The position numbers were made by a program, and so were the translations under genes. 64,000 nucleotides of DNA from an uncultured Alphaproteobacteria bacterium (lineage in GTDB: Bacteria; Pseudomonadota; Alphaproteobacteria; CAAHEQ01; UBA3637). Below, in pieces: positions 47,488 through 58,388 of the stretch (position 1 is the stretch's first letter; each line of letters starts with the position of its first letter). The stretch lies in contig CANPXT010000001.1 in the NCBI GenBank assembly GCA_947586835.1, positions 44,543 to 108,542 of the forward strand, in the 5' to 3' direction. The notes beneath the pieces were generated by a model, which searched no databases, had not been told where the DNA came from, and saw only the letters and a program-made list of their open reading frames with translations.

Positions 47488-49467
47488 ATGTATTTAACAG
47501 GCGATCATGTTTCCAAAGAAAAACTTTTAAAAATTGCCGATAAATGCAAATTATCGGTGTGGCCGAATGCCGAAAATCCCTTTCTGCACCAAGGCAGTCT
47601 CTCCGAACTGCCCGAGTCTTTGTGCGTTATTTCCGATGAATTAACCGAAACACGTCTGGAAACATTGTTTCAATTACCCGTCACCGTTTTAATTGACGCA
47701 CAAGCTTCATTTAAAAGTATTGTCGATTTCATCAATCAACAAAAAAATCATACCTGGTCGGACGGATTGGGCTTTTTGTTGACCGGTCCCGTTATTTATC
47801 ATTATGACGTGGCACTCATTTTTTCCAAAGCTTTACAAAAACGACAGAGATTTTCCGACAGACGATTTGAATCCATTCATTTAGCTTTACACGAATCATT
47901 AGTCAACGGTTTAATTCACGGCAATTTGCGTTTATCCGGGAAATTGCGTCAAAACGCCGCTGAATACACATCATACAGTGATTTGGTTCGCGAACGCTTA
48001 AATACACCCGCCTATGCGCGAAAAGCCATCAGCATTGCGGCACAATGGAATCGTTCCAAAATGAAAATTACGGTGCGTGATGAGGGGATGGGTTATTCCC
48101 TCGCAGAAATTTTAAAACAAACACCAAGCCTTCGCGCCACATCCGGACGGGGATTACGAATTATTGCCGGAGCAGCCGATTCGTGTACCATTGATAATTA
48201 CGGCAAAGAAATTTCTCTTTCGTTTTTGCGTGAAAAATCTCAAACTCCCGATGCCTTGCCCGCCATCGAGACGGTTTCATCCGCAGAAACAATTCGGCAC
48301 GAAGATTTATCCCAAGCCAAAGTATTAATTATTGAAGATGATAAAAGCAATCAGGCTCTGCTCGGCGGATTGTTATCACAACTGGGCATTAAGCAAATTG
48401 AAATTGCCGAAGACGGCGTTTTGGGACTGAACAAAGTTTTAACGTTTGAACCCGACTTGATTATTTTAGATATCGGTATGCCGAAACTTAACGGATACGA
48501 AGTATTAAAACGATTGAAATCAACGCCTGTTACGCATGCCATACCCGTTTTAATTCAAACCGCATCCGATACGCGCGAAGCCAGAGATAAAACTTTTAAA
48601 TCAGGTGCTTCCGATTTTATTACCAAACCGATTAATCCGCTGGAATTTTTTGCACGCGTGCGCATTCATTTGGAAAATAAAATGCTGGTTAATCGATTAC
48701 AAAAACGATTAAAGCAAATTCATCAAGAACTTTCAACGGCACAAAGTATGCAAATGGGTCTTTTACCCCATGCCGAACGTATGCAAAACATTCATCGGCG
48801 ATACGGATTGGATATAGCCTCCTATTTTGAACCATCCGATAAATTAGGCGGTGATTTTTGGCAGATTATTGAATTAGATCGCTATCGAATCGGTTTTTAT
48901 TTATGTGATTTTTCGGGACACGGATTGGCTTCGGCCTTAAACACATTCCGTCTGCATACGCTCATTTTTCAAATGCATGAAAAAATTAAACAACCGTCCG
49001 ATTTTTTAACAATCTTAAATCATCATCTCTATGCGTTATTGCAACGCGGACAATTTGCCACCTTCTTTTTCGGTATTTATAATCTGTCAAATAAAACATT
49101 AACCTATTCGGGTGCTGCCGCTCCGGCACCGTTTCACTGGGACGGTAAAAAATGGCATATTTTAACTACACGCGGACTTCCGCTCGGCATTTCTCAATCA
49201 GCGGTTTATGAAGATAAAACCATTTCGTTTAAACCCGGTAATCGTTTGTTTATTTACAGTGATGCTTTAACAGAAACCGTTAACACTCAAAACGAACAAA
49301 TGAGCGTGAAAGAATTAATGCGCTTTGTTAAAGAATTATCCGTACAAATGCCCGTTCGGGAAGGATTAACCGGCATTATGAATCGCTTTTTCAGCTTTGC
49401 TCCGCCCCCCATTAATGATGATATTACCGCTGTGTTAATTGAATCTCAAAGAAAGGATACGAAGTGA
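47488..49467 (+). CDS. tri-domain regulator: anti-sigma-factor-like kinase domain (HATPase_c_2) + REC receiver + PP2C/SpoIIE phosphatase
   Basis: Start at the ATG at 47488 (GGAGG RBS). Residues ~130-260 are RsbW-like (LALHESLVNGLIHGN…VRDEGMG…GRGLRII). REC domain (VLIIEDD…ILDIGMP…KP). C-terminal SpoIIE (GGDFWQII…CDFSGHG…). Confidence 0.8.
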   Translation: MYLTGDHVSKEKLLKIADKCKLSVWPNAENPFLHQGSLSELPESLCVISDELTETRLETLFQLPVTVLIDAQASFKSIVDFINQQKNHTWSDGLGFLLTGPVIYHYDVALIFSKALQKRQRFSDRRFESIHLALHESLVNGLIHGNLRLSGKLRQNAAEYTSYSDLVRERLNTPAYARKAISIAAQWNRSKMKITVRDEGMGYSLAEILKQTPSLRATSGRGLRIIAGAADSCTIDNYGKEISLSFLREKSQTPDALPAIETVSSAETIRHEDLSQAKVLIIEDDKSNQALLGGLLSQLGIKQIEIAEDGVLGLNKVLTFEPDLIILDIGMPKLNGYEVLKRLKSTPVTHAIPVLIQTASDTREARDKTFKSGASDFITKPINPLEFFARVRIHLENKMLVNRLQKRLKQIHQELSTAQSMQMGLLPHAERMQNIHRRYGLDIASYFEPSDKLGGDFWQIIELDRYRIGFYLCDFSGHGLASALNTFRLHTLIFQMHEKIKQPSDFLTILNHHLYALLQRGQFATFFFGIYNLSNKTLTYSGAAAPAPFHWDGKKWHILTTRGLPLGISQSAVYEDKTISFKPGNRLFIYSDALTETVNTQNEQMSVKELMRFVKELSVQMPVREGLTGIMNRFFSFAPPPINDDITAVLIESQRKDTK

Positions 49468-50159
49468 TCAGATTATATGTAAACAATTTATTACAACCAT
49501 CATTGAAAATTTTGTTGTCGGAAAAACAGGCGCATTATTTAAAACATGTCATGCGTGTGAAAGACAATGAAGAAATAACTGTATTTAACGGACAAGATGG
49601 TGTATTTTTATCGCAAGTTACCTATCAGGGGAAAAAGGATATTTACTTAATTATTCGCGAACAACTGCATATGCAAAAAAATTTACCCCCTTGCGGATTA
49701 GCTTTTGCATTAATTAAAAAAGAAAATATCGATTTAATTTTGCAAAAAGCAACCGAATTGGGTGTTACGGATATTTTTCCGCTTTTAACGGAAAGAACAA
49801 TCATCCGACAATTCAATCAAACTCGTGCCGAATCAATTGTAATTGAAGCTGCCGAGCAATGTGAGCGATCCGATATACCGACGATTCATCAAATAACGAA
49901 TCTCAAAACATTTTTGGCACACTTTCCCGAACGGTTCACGCCTGTTTACTTGGCGGAACGAATTTTAACAAGCGAAAAACTGTCTGCGCAAATCAATCCG
50001 TTATTTATCATCGGACCCGAAGGCGGATTTACCAATTCGGAGAGTCAACTGCTTCAAAAAACACCCGACATAAAAACACTTCATTTGGGAGAAACGATTT
50101 TACGAGCGGAAACAGCGGCTATTGCCGTTTTAAGCGCTTGGAATTTCCGCCTGTTTTAA
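49464..50159 (+). CDS. rsmE: 16S rRNA m3U1498 methyltransferase RsmE
   Basis: 231 aa RsmE fold. GTG start overlaps the upstream stop. Confidence 0.85.
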   Translation: MIRLYVNNLLQPSLKILLSEKQAHYLKHVMRVKDNEEITVFNGQDGVFLSQVTYQGKKDIYLIIREQLHMQKNLPPCGLAFALIKKENIDLILQKATELGVTDIFPLLTERTIIRQFNQTRAESIVIEAAEQCERSDIPTIHQITNLKTFLAHFPERFTPVYLAERILTSEKLSAQINPLFIIGPEGGFTNSESQLLQKTPDIKTLHLGETILRAETAAIAVLSAWNFRLF

Positions 50160-51048
50160 GGCCTCTTTTCGAATAAGGTTCCGGGTGAATAATGACCTTT
50201 AAAGACGGATATTTTTGACAAATTATTTTTTCAATTTCATGCACTTTTTCATGCGCTTGCGGCAAACTTAACTGATCATTTAAGGCAACGGAAAATTGGG
50301 CATACATTTCATTACCCGATAAACGAGTTTTCAAGTCAAAACAATCATAAACACCATCAACAGACCGAACGATTTTTTTTAAATTTTGACGAATATCTTT
50401 TGATAATTCTTTATCCATTAACATATTCAATGATTCTCTTAAAACACAAGCAACACTGCAAAACAAATAGGCTGAAACCAAAATACCAAACACAGAATCC
50501 ACAAAATACCATTGTAAATAATAAGCACAAAGAATGGATACGGCAATGCCGATATTCATAAACAAATCGCCGGTATAATGCGCTAAATCGGCTTTAATGG
50601 ATAAAGAATGCGTGCGCTTGACAACCGCTTTTTGAAAACACACCAAACAAAATGATAAAATAAAAGCTAACGCCGTAACACCCAAACCGAAACCAACTTC
50701 TTGCAATCCGCTCGGATGAAATAATCGCATCACTGATTCTTTAAGTAACACAAATGCAGCGGATAAAATAATAAACGATTGAACCAATCCCCCGATAGCT
50801 TGTGCTTTTCCGTGCCCGTAACGATGATCGGAATCAGCCGGTGTTGTCGCCTCTTTAACGGCAACTAAATTAACCAGCGAAGTTAAAACATCTTGCGCCG
50901 AATCAAATAAGCCGGATAAAATAGCGACTGAACCCGTCAGGTAAAAGGCAACGGCTTTGGTTATAACCAACGTACCGGCCGTCAAAACGGAAAAAATGCT
51001 GGCAAGCCGCATTAACCGATTGTTTTTTTGTGTAAAATCCATCATCAT
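50119..51048 (-). CDS. cation diffusion facilitator (CDF) family metal efflux protein
   Basis: 6 TM plus a C-terminal cytoplasmic domain, HxxxD motifs. 41-nt convergent overlap with rsmE. Confidence 0.85.
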   Translation of the reverse strand: MMMDFTQKNNRLMRLASIFSVLTAGTLVITKAVAFYLTGSVAILSGLFDSAQDVLTSLVNLVAVKEATTPADSDHRYGHGKAQAIGGLVQSFIILSAAFVLLKESVMRLFHPSGLQEVGFGLGVTALAFILSFCLVCFQKAVVKRTHSLSIKADLAHYTGDLFMNIGIAVSILCAYYLQWYFVDSVFGILVSAYLFCSVACVLRESLNMLMDKELSKDIRQNLKKIVRSVDGVYDCFDLKTRLSGNEMYAQFSVALNDQLSLPQAHEKVHEIEKIICQKYPSLKVIIHPEPYSKRGLKTGGNSKRLKRQ

Positions 51049-51186
51049 TTGTTTATAACCGAATTTTTGATAAATTTCAATAACTTTAATAAATAAGGTG
51101 TTTTTTTATTTTTGCAACAGGTATATTGACAAAGGAATCATTGTATGATATAAATAATTATTGACAAAAACCGAACGGGTAAAAAA

Positions 51187-52248
51187 ATGACGGATCGTAA
51201 CAAAAAAAATACTATAATTGAAAATCATTTGGGGCGTTTTTCTTTAAAGCAACTCAAGGAAAGGATCTATCAAACGAGTGCTTTTGATAAAATTGAAAAG
51301 TGGACGAATGAATTGACTTTGTGTTTTCCCGAATTTCAATCGGAAATAAAAACTTATATGCCGCTTTTATTGCAATCGCAAGATAAGTATGTGTTGGAAT
51401 CGCTTCTTTATGCCGATGTCAATTTATTTTTCAGTGAAAATAAAGATCATGACGGGTATGGAATGAAATACAAATATAATATGAACTGCATTCAAATTTC
51501 ACGCTCGTTTTTAAAAGAAATATTCGGACAGGAATCAAAGTTATACGGTGCCGCTTTGTTTTTGGGTAAAACAATACACGAACTCACGCATGCCGCACAA
51601 GATATGCGGGGTGTTGCGCCGTTACGGGTTTCAAAAATGAATTTGGCAAATGTCGTTACGATGGAATTGATGACGGAAGTTGATGCGACAATTGTGGAAA
51701 TGCGGTTGCAATATGAATTGACCGCCAATCAGTTACACCATGCACCCGAGCAGATTAAAAATACCGATTTGGGATTTTATGCCGATTTAATGCAACAATG
51801 CGAAACGTATCAGGATCTGAAATTAATGCCGACACAACAACATTCGTTAGCAGATATGACTTTAATGCATCTTTGTTTGGATTATAAAGAAAATGCTCAA
51901 CAAAATAACGATTGGCAGGAAACTTATTTTCGACAAATGGTGCAACATGTATTATGTCGGCCGGTGCATTCTTTAACAATCGATGACACGCCCGGCGAAT
52001 CGGAACGGTATTTAATAACTTATTATCAAAAACGGTATCCTTTATTGCCGGAAATTCAAAAAAAATTGATGACGGTACTGCCGATTTATCCGATTGAGCA
52101 GGCAGTTTTAATCGGCAATTCATTTCCGAAGTCGACGCTTGCCATTTACAGAGATGTTCATCAAGCGAAAATAAAATTGTTGTCTCATCGGCAAAACGTC
52201 AATGCTCATAACATTTATAAGTTGATTAAGAAACAAAATCAAAGATAA
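51187..52248 (+). CDS. hypothetical cytoplasmic protein with HExxH motif
   Basis: 353 aa with a TIHELTHAAQD motif, no signal peptide, no other recognisable domain. Confidence 0.5.
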   Translation: MTDRNKKNTIIENHLGRFSLKQLKERIYQTSAFDKIEKWTNELTLCFPEFQSEIKTYMPLLLQSQDKYVLESLLYADVNLFFSENKDHDGYGMKYKYNMNCIQISRSFLKEIFGQESKLYGAALFLGKTIHELTHAAQDMRGVAPLRVSKMNLANVVTMELMTEVDATIVEMRLQYELTANQLHHAPEQIKNTDLGFYADLMQQCETYQDLKLMPTQQHSLADMTLMHLCLDYKENAQQNNDWQETYFRQMVQHVLCRPVHSLTIDDTPGESERYLITYYQKRYPLLPEIQKKLMTVLPIYPIEQAVLIGNSFPKSTLAIYRDVHQAKIKLLSHRQNVNAHNIYKLIKKQNQR

Positions 52249-52326
52249 TTGTTAAAACCATATTTTTTTCTTGATATTCTTTTTAAAAAAACATAATCTC
52301 TTTGTATATAAAATAAGGAGATTAAT

Positions 52327-53289
52327 GTGCAAAACTTTCAGTTCAAAAGATTTTTGAAAAAAGCTGTTTCATGGGCAGGACTGTTTTTCTTTTTAATTGC
52401 CGCCGTTATGTTATATATGCAGTTATCAAAATATCACCTTTCCGATATTCACAAAGCGTTAACAGATATTCCGCTGATGAATATTTTAGGTGCCTGTGCC
52501 GCTTCTTTTTTCGGTTATGTAGCCTTATCCTCTTACGATTTTTTGGCCATTAAATATATCAATCGAACATTAGCCGCTTGGAAATGGATATTTGTCGGGT
52601 TTGTCGGTTTTTCCGTCAGTAATAATGCCGGACATGCCATTTTATCGGGCGGAACGGTTCGCTATCGGTTTTATACACGTTGGCGTTTCAGAGCCAATGA
52701 AATTGTGCGAATGATTACCTTTTCGGGATTTACCTATTTAATCGCCTGCTTCTTTTTAAGTGATTTAGGATGGCTTTTAACACCGTCTCACACGTTTGCA
52801 GATCTTTCGGCATCTCAATTAACAACAAACATTGTGGCATTTATTTCATTCATCGGACTTATCGTTTATTTCGGGCTTTGCCGATTTTATAAAAAAACCG
52901 TTACCATTCGGGAAGTGCCTTTTACTATGCCGAGCGTTAAAATGGCATTGGCACAGGTTGTTATCGGCAGCGCCGATATTTTAATGGCATCCTTTGTTTT
53001 ATACTTTTGTTTAATTCCCTTTGTTTCCATCCCGTTTGATGTGTTTATCGGCGTTTTTATCATCGCACAGGTTTTGGGGGTATTCAGTCAGGTTCCCGGA
53101 GGATTGGGAGTATTTGAAGGACTGTTTTTAGCTATTTTACCTTCCGATGCTAATCCTGCTATTTTATTCGGCGCATTAATTGCATATCGAATCATCTATT
53201 ATTTATTGCCGTTACTGCTGTCCGGTCTTGCCTTAATTTCATATGAAGCCTTTTTAAATTACCGGTATCGTAAGTTATTACGAAAATAA
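52327..53289 (+). CDS. polytopic membrane protein, UPF0104/YbhN (lysyl-PG synthase TM-like) family candidate
   Basis: GTG start with AAGGAG RBS, about 8 TM helices. The family assignment is tentative. Confidence 0.5.
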   Translation: MQNFQFKRFLKKAVSWAGLFFFLIAAVMLYMQLSKYHLSDIHKALTDIPLMNILGACAASFFGYVALSSYDFLAIKYINRTLAAWKWIFVGFVGFSVSNNAGHAILSGGTVRYRFYTRWRFRANEIVRMITFSGFTYLIACFFLSDLGWLLTPSHTFADLSASQLTTNIVAFISFIGLIVYFGLCRFYKKTVTIREVPFTMPSVKMALAQVVIGSADILMASFVLYFCLIPFVSIPFDVFIGVFIIAQVLGVFSQVPGGLGVFEGLFLAILPSDANPAILFGALIAYRIIYYLLPLLLSGLALISYEAFLNYRYRKLLRK

Positions 53290-53350
53290 TTTATCCCTCC
53301 CGTTCAAAGGTTTTATACGAAATTATTTTTTAAAAAATAACGGATTACAC

Positions 53351-53379
53351 TTGCTTTTTTCCCAAAAGCGCCCTATACT
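53351..53379 (+). promoter_or_regulatory. putative sigma70 promoter of cspA (TTGCTT-17-TATACT) with ~105-nt 5' UTR
   Basis: Good hexamers and spacing. A long leader is typical of cspA. Confidence 0.45.
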
Positions 53380-53490
53380 AAATGTGTCTTCGATTTTCTT
53401 AATTGAGGGGGGTAGGGGTTAAAAAATACCGCGTTCGACTAAGCTATCGAATTTTGTGCCGATGATAAGGTTTTTTTATGGAGTACTAAA

Positions 53491-53697
53491 ATGCAATCAG
53501 GTAAAGTCAAATGGTTTAATTATCGAAAAGGCTATGGATTTATAACGCCGGATGAAGGAGATAAGGATGTTTTCGTGCATATTACCGCCGTTCATGAAGC
53601 AAAATTGCACGGATTGGAAGATAATCAGCCAATCTCTTATGACTTAAAAGAAGAAAACGGCAAAATTTGCGCGACAAATTTGACTTTGAAAAGTTAA
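53491..53697 (+). CDS. cspA: cold-shock protein CspA family
   Basis: 68 aa with RNP1/RNP2 motifs (KWFNYRKGYGFI, VFVHI). Confidence 0.95.
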   Translation: MQSGKVKWFNYRKGYGFITPDEGDKDVFVHITAVHEAKLHGLEDNQPISYDLKEENGKICATNLTLKS

Positions 53698-53721
53698 ACG
53701 CGGGTTTCTTAAATTCAAAAA

Positions 53722-53756
53722 AACGCACGGATAATCATTATCAGTGCGTTTTTATT
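53722..53756. terminator. bidirectional terminator after cspA
   Basis: AACGCAC-15 nt-GTGCGTT followed by T-run. Confidence 0.6.
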
Positions 53757-54577
53757 TAAGAACAGCGCGTGTGCTGATGTTGAGAACGATAAACCGGCCC
53801 ACGGGATTCAAGACACATACATGCCGCTGCCGAACCGAGCTCTTTAAATTTTGCTTTCGGAACATATGCCGCTGCCATTCGATTTATATATTTCCGAAAT
53901 GTCGGATTCTTTGTTGCATACATCATCACCCACTGCGTAAATTGTTTTTTCTGCGCATTCGTAAAACGATGAAAATCAAAAGAACCTTCCGCTGTTCGCG
54001 GTAAGCGAGAAACAAATAAATATTTTTTATAATGTGCTTTTTGATAAGGCGTTAATTGATTTTTTTCTATTTTTCCATTGGAATCAAACGGCAACATACT
54101 GTAATCATTTAAAAATTTTTGTACATCTCGCGCAATAAGAACAGTTAAAGATAACTTGGAATGTTTATTTTCTTTTAAAGACTCTTTTATGGCTTTTTCT
54201 TTTTCTTCAAGATTCTTTTTCCGAGCTTCCTTCAGTGCTTTGTTTTTACGTTTTAAATATTCATATACAATCATAAACGGTATCATGATAACGGCAAAAA
54301 AAACTTCACGAACCAAATCTTCCGGTTTTTTGTTGCCGCGAAAGGCTTTTTCTATCTGCTTAAAAATAGCTTCATCTAAAACGGCATCCCAATCAATATC
54401 GGCACTGTGTTTTTTAAAATCACTATCCGCGCGAATACCATAAAGGGTTGCTTTTTCTAAAACATCGGCGGCTTTTTGTGCTTTTTTGATAACTTCGTCT
54501 TTCGACACGGGTTTATTGTCGATTGCCGAAGCTTGACTATTCGATTTTGGCGTTTCTAACGGTTTTTTTTGTTGCAT
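53756..54577 (-). CDS. hypothetical K/E-rich coiled-coil protein with one TM helix
   Basis: Start at the ATG at 54577 (MQQKKP); the ORF-track start at 54607 is TTG and lies inside a hairpin. A TM helix at FFAVIMIPFMIVYEYL. Confidence 0.4.
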   Translation of the reverse strand: MQQKKPLETPKSNSQASAIDNKPVSKDEVIKKAQKAADVLEKATLYGIRADSDFKKHSADIDWDAVLDEAIFKQIEKAFRGNKKPEDLVREVFFAVIMIPFMIVYEYLKRKNKALKEARKKNLEEKEKAIKESLKENKHSKLSLTVLIARDVQKFLNDYSMLPFDSNGKIEKNQLTPYQKAHYKKYLFVSRLPRTAEGSFDFHRFTNAQKKQFTQWVMMYATKNPTFRKYINRMAAAYVPKAKFKELGSAAACMCLESRGPVYRSQHQHTRCS

Positions 54578-54606
54578 ATTTTTTTCCGAATCATAAAAGG
54601 CAGTCA

Positions 54607-54640
54607 ACGCGTCTCCGTTCTATTTAAACGGAGACGCTTG
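54607..54640. other. perfect 11-bp stem hairpin (GCGTCTCCGTT / AACGGAGACGC) between eno and the downstream gene
   Basis: Seen directly. T-run on the + strand, weak A-run on the other side. Confidence 0.4.
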
Positions 54641-54649
54641 ATTATTTTT

Positions 54650-55966
<1,317 letters not shown>

Positions 55967-55973
55967 TTAAACA

Positions 55974-56798
55974 TTATCCTTGTTTCGCCAGCGCATCAAA
56001 CGCTTTCAGGCGCGTTAAAACCGATTCCATCTCTTTCAGCGGAATCATATTCGGACCATCACTCGGCGCGGTATCAGGCGTTTCATGTGTTTCAATGAAA
56101 ATGCCGGCAATGCCCGTCGTGACGGCACAATTGGCCAAAACGGGTGCAAACTCGCGTTGCCCGCCGCTCGATGTGCCCTGCCCGCCCGGTTGTTGGACGG
56201 AATGTGTAGCATCAAACACGACGGGATAACCCGTTTGTTTCATAATCGGCAAGGAACGCATATCAACCACAAGCGTATTGTAGCCGAATGAAACACCGCG
56301 TTCCGTTAAAAGAATTTTATGATTGCCCGTGCTTTCAATTTTCGCTGCAACGTTTTTCATATCCCACGGAGCCAAAAACTGTCCTTTTTTAATGTTAATT
56401 ACCCGATTTGTTTTGCCGGCAGCAAGCAACAAATCCGTTTGCCGACATAAAAAAGCCGGTATTTGAAGCACATCAATTACTTCAGCCGCAATCGGGCATT
56501 GATAAGGCTCATGCACATCGGTAAGCACCGCACAATGATATTTCTCTTTAATATCGGCAAAAGCGGTTAAGGCTTTTTCCAACCCCATACCGCGAATACC
56601 ATTAACACTGGTACGATTAGCTTTATCGAAAGAGGCTTTAAATACAAACGGGATGTGCAATTTATCGGTTAACGTTACCAACGCATGCGCCATCTCCATG
56701 CCATGGGAAGCACTTTCCATTTGGCAAGGACCCGCAATTAAAACAAACGGCGATTCGTTTGAAAATCGAATATCATTCACTTGCACAATTTGTTGCAT
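55974..56798 (-). CDS. kdsA: 2-dehydro-3-deoxyphosphooctonate aldolase (KDO8P synthase)
   Basis: Start moved to the ATG at 56798 (MQQIVQV…, AAGAGGA RBS). PFVLIAGPC…FKASFDKANRTS motif. Confidence 0.9.
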   Translation of the reverse strand: MQQIVQVNDIRFSNESPFVLIAGPCQMESASHGMEMAHALVTLTDKLHIPFVFKASFDKANRTSVNGIRGMGLEKALTAFADIKEKYHCAVLTDVHEPYQCPIAAEVIDVLQIPAFLCRQTDLLLAAGKTNRVINIKKGQFLAPWDMKNVAAKIESTGNHKILLTERGVSFGYNTLVVDMRSLPIMKQTGYPVVFDATHSVQQPGGQGTSSGGQREFAPVLANCAVTTGIAGIFIETHETPDTAPSDGPNMIPLKEMESVLTRLKAFDALAKQG

Positions 56799-56808
56799 GC
56801 CATCCTCT

Positions 56809-57114
56809 TTATTCCGTTGGTGAAACAGGGACGCTTTGTTCAACGGGTGTTGTCGGCAAAATAGATATTTTTTCGGGCGTACCGGCTTTTTGTGCCAAAA
56901 TAACCAACGTTAAACTGGTAGCAATAAAACCGATGAATAAATAAACGGTCATACGAGAAAGAAAGTTTCCCGTTTGACGTCCCGTAAACAACCCGGAAGC
57001 GCCTTGTGAACCGCCGAGTGAGCCGAGTGCACCGCCTTCAGAGCGTTGCAATAAAACAAAAACAGTAATACAAATTGCTAAGATAATATGAACGGTTAAA
57101 ATAATTGTTTGCAT
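56809..57114 (-). CDS. secG: preprotein translocase subunit SecG
   Basis: 101 aa, two TM helices, Gly-rich C-terminus. Confidence 0.8.
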   Translation of the reverse strand: MQTIILTVHIILAICITVFVLLQRSEGGALGSLGGSQGASGLFTGRQTGNFLSRMTVYLFIGFIATSLTLVILAQKAGTPEKISILPTTPVEQSVPVSPTE

Positions 57115-57195
57115 TTTCTTTCCTTTTTTTAATATATCAAATAATGCAAAATATTACTCCGTTTTTTAATTTTTTGCAAGCATAAAAGCAATTTT

Positions 57196-57789
57196 TCAAT
57201 TGTTTTTACCGAATAAATCAGATTGAATTAAGCAAAAAGTGATTTTTTTAAGAGATTTTTGAATAACTTTTGTCAAAAACGATTCGGCTAAACGAAAATT
57301 TGCCGCTTGATCTAATCCGTTCATCTGTCGACAAGAGGCGCGATATTTTAAAAACTGATTTCCAACATCTGTTAATGCCAAAAATTGAGTTTGCTCATCC
57401 GTATTATCTTTTGATTGAACAAAACCATCTGCAAAGGAAAACTGAACTCCGTCAATTTCTTTTTGAAAAGAATGAACAAACTCAAACCCGTCAAAATCGG
57501 TCAATTCATCTTGAACATCCGATTCGATAATCTTTTTTTTCCCGTGCGTATAAAGATAAATAACGATTTCACAGACACTGTTTTGATATTTCACGGAATA
57601 CCCCCACCCCGCACCGCCGACTTCTTCTTCATAATTTCTGATACCGTTTAAAGCACGTTTAAATTGAAAAGATGCCGGTACATCGCTTTCCGAAAATGTT
57701 TCAGGCAATTGTTTGATGCATGTAAATGCCGTATCAGCCAAAACATTAATCGGCAAAAAGCAAAAAACAAAAAAGAAAAGCCGACGCAT
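57196..57789 (-). CDS. secreted hypothetical protein (tandem paralog A)
   Basis: Signal peptide. Shares Y(Q/K)NSVC…I…Y and R(A/E)(S/T)C motifs with the adjacent paralog. Confidence 0.5.
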   Translation of the reverse strand: MRRLFFFVFCFLPINVLADTAFTCIKQLPETFSESDVPASFQFKRALNGIRNYEEEVGGAGWGYSVKYQNSVCEIVIYLYTHGKKKIIESDVQDELTDFDGFEFVHSFQKEIDGVQFSFADGFVQSKDNTDEQTQFLALTDVGNQFLKYRASCRQMNGLDQAANFRLAESFLTKVIQKSLKKITFCLIQSDLFGKNN

Positions 57790-58376
57790 TATTCACCTTT
57801 AACGGCTGAAAATTTTTCGGCAATAACTTTTGCCCAATCCAACGATAAGCGCCGATTTTCTTTTTGTGATAATGCCGGAAGTGTTTGACAGGTTTCCCGA
57901 ATTTGAATCATATTATTTTCTACTCGCGAGATTAACAAAACATCGGTTTGATCCGCATGAGAACTGATAATATAATGATACCGTTTTTTGTTGATTTCGA
58001 CACTGTTTTGATGCGTAATTTGAAACGGTGCTTTTTCTTTGAGGTATCTTCTGAGCTTTGTATTGGAAAGACGCCCCATATTCGGATAAAAATAACTAAT
58101 TCGGACAAAACAGACGCTGTTTTTATAATCTTGCGCTACGCCGATTGTATTTTCTTCATTTTTTAAAACTTGAAACGCATCGGCACGCGCATTTTTCTCA
58201 AATCGAAAAGAGGAATCGGGAAAAGGTGTTTCAAAAGCATTCGGAAACAGTGTTGTTTGCCATTTTGCAATTTCATCGGCCGAAAAATCGGTATTGACCG
58301 CACGGACAACAAACGAAACAGCAATCATCGACAAAAACAAACATAAACCGAGTCCCAAGCTTTTATAACGCATCAT
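57789..58376 (-). CDS. secreted hypothetical protein (tandem paralog B)
   Basis: Signal peptide; paralogous to 57196-57789. Confidence 0.5.
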   Translation of the reverse strand: MMRYKSLGLGLCLFLSMIAVSFVVRAVNTDFSADEIAKWQTTLFPNAFETPFPDSSFRFEKNARADAFQVLKNEENTIGVAQDYKNSVCFVRISYFYPNMGRLSNTKLRRYLKEKAPFQITHQNSVEINKKRYHYIISSHADQTDVLLISRVENNMIQIRETCQTLPALSQKENRRLSLDWAKVIAEKFSAVKGE

Positions 58377-58388
58377 TTTCCCCTTTTT

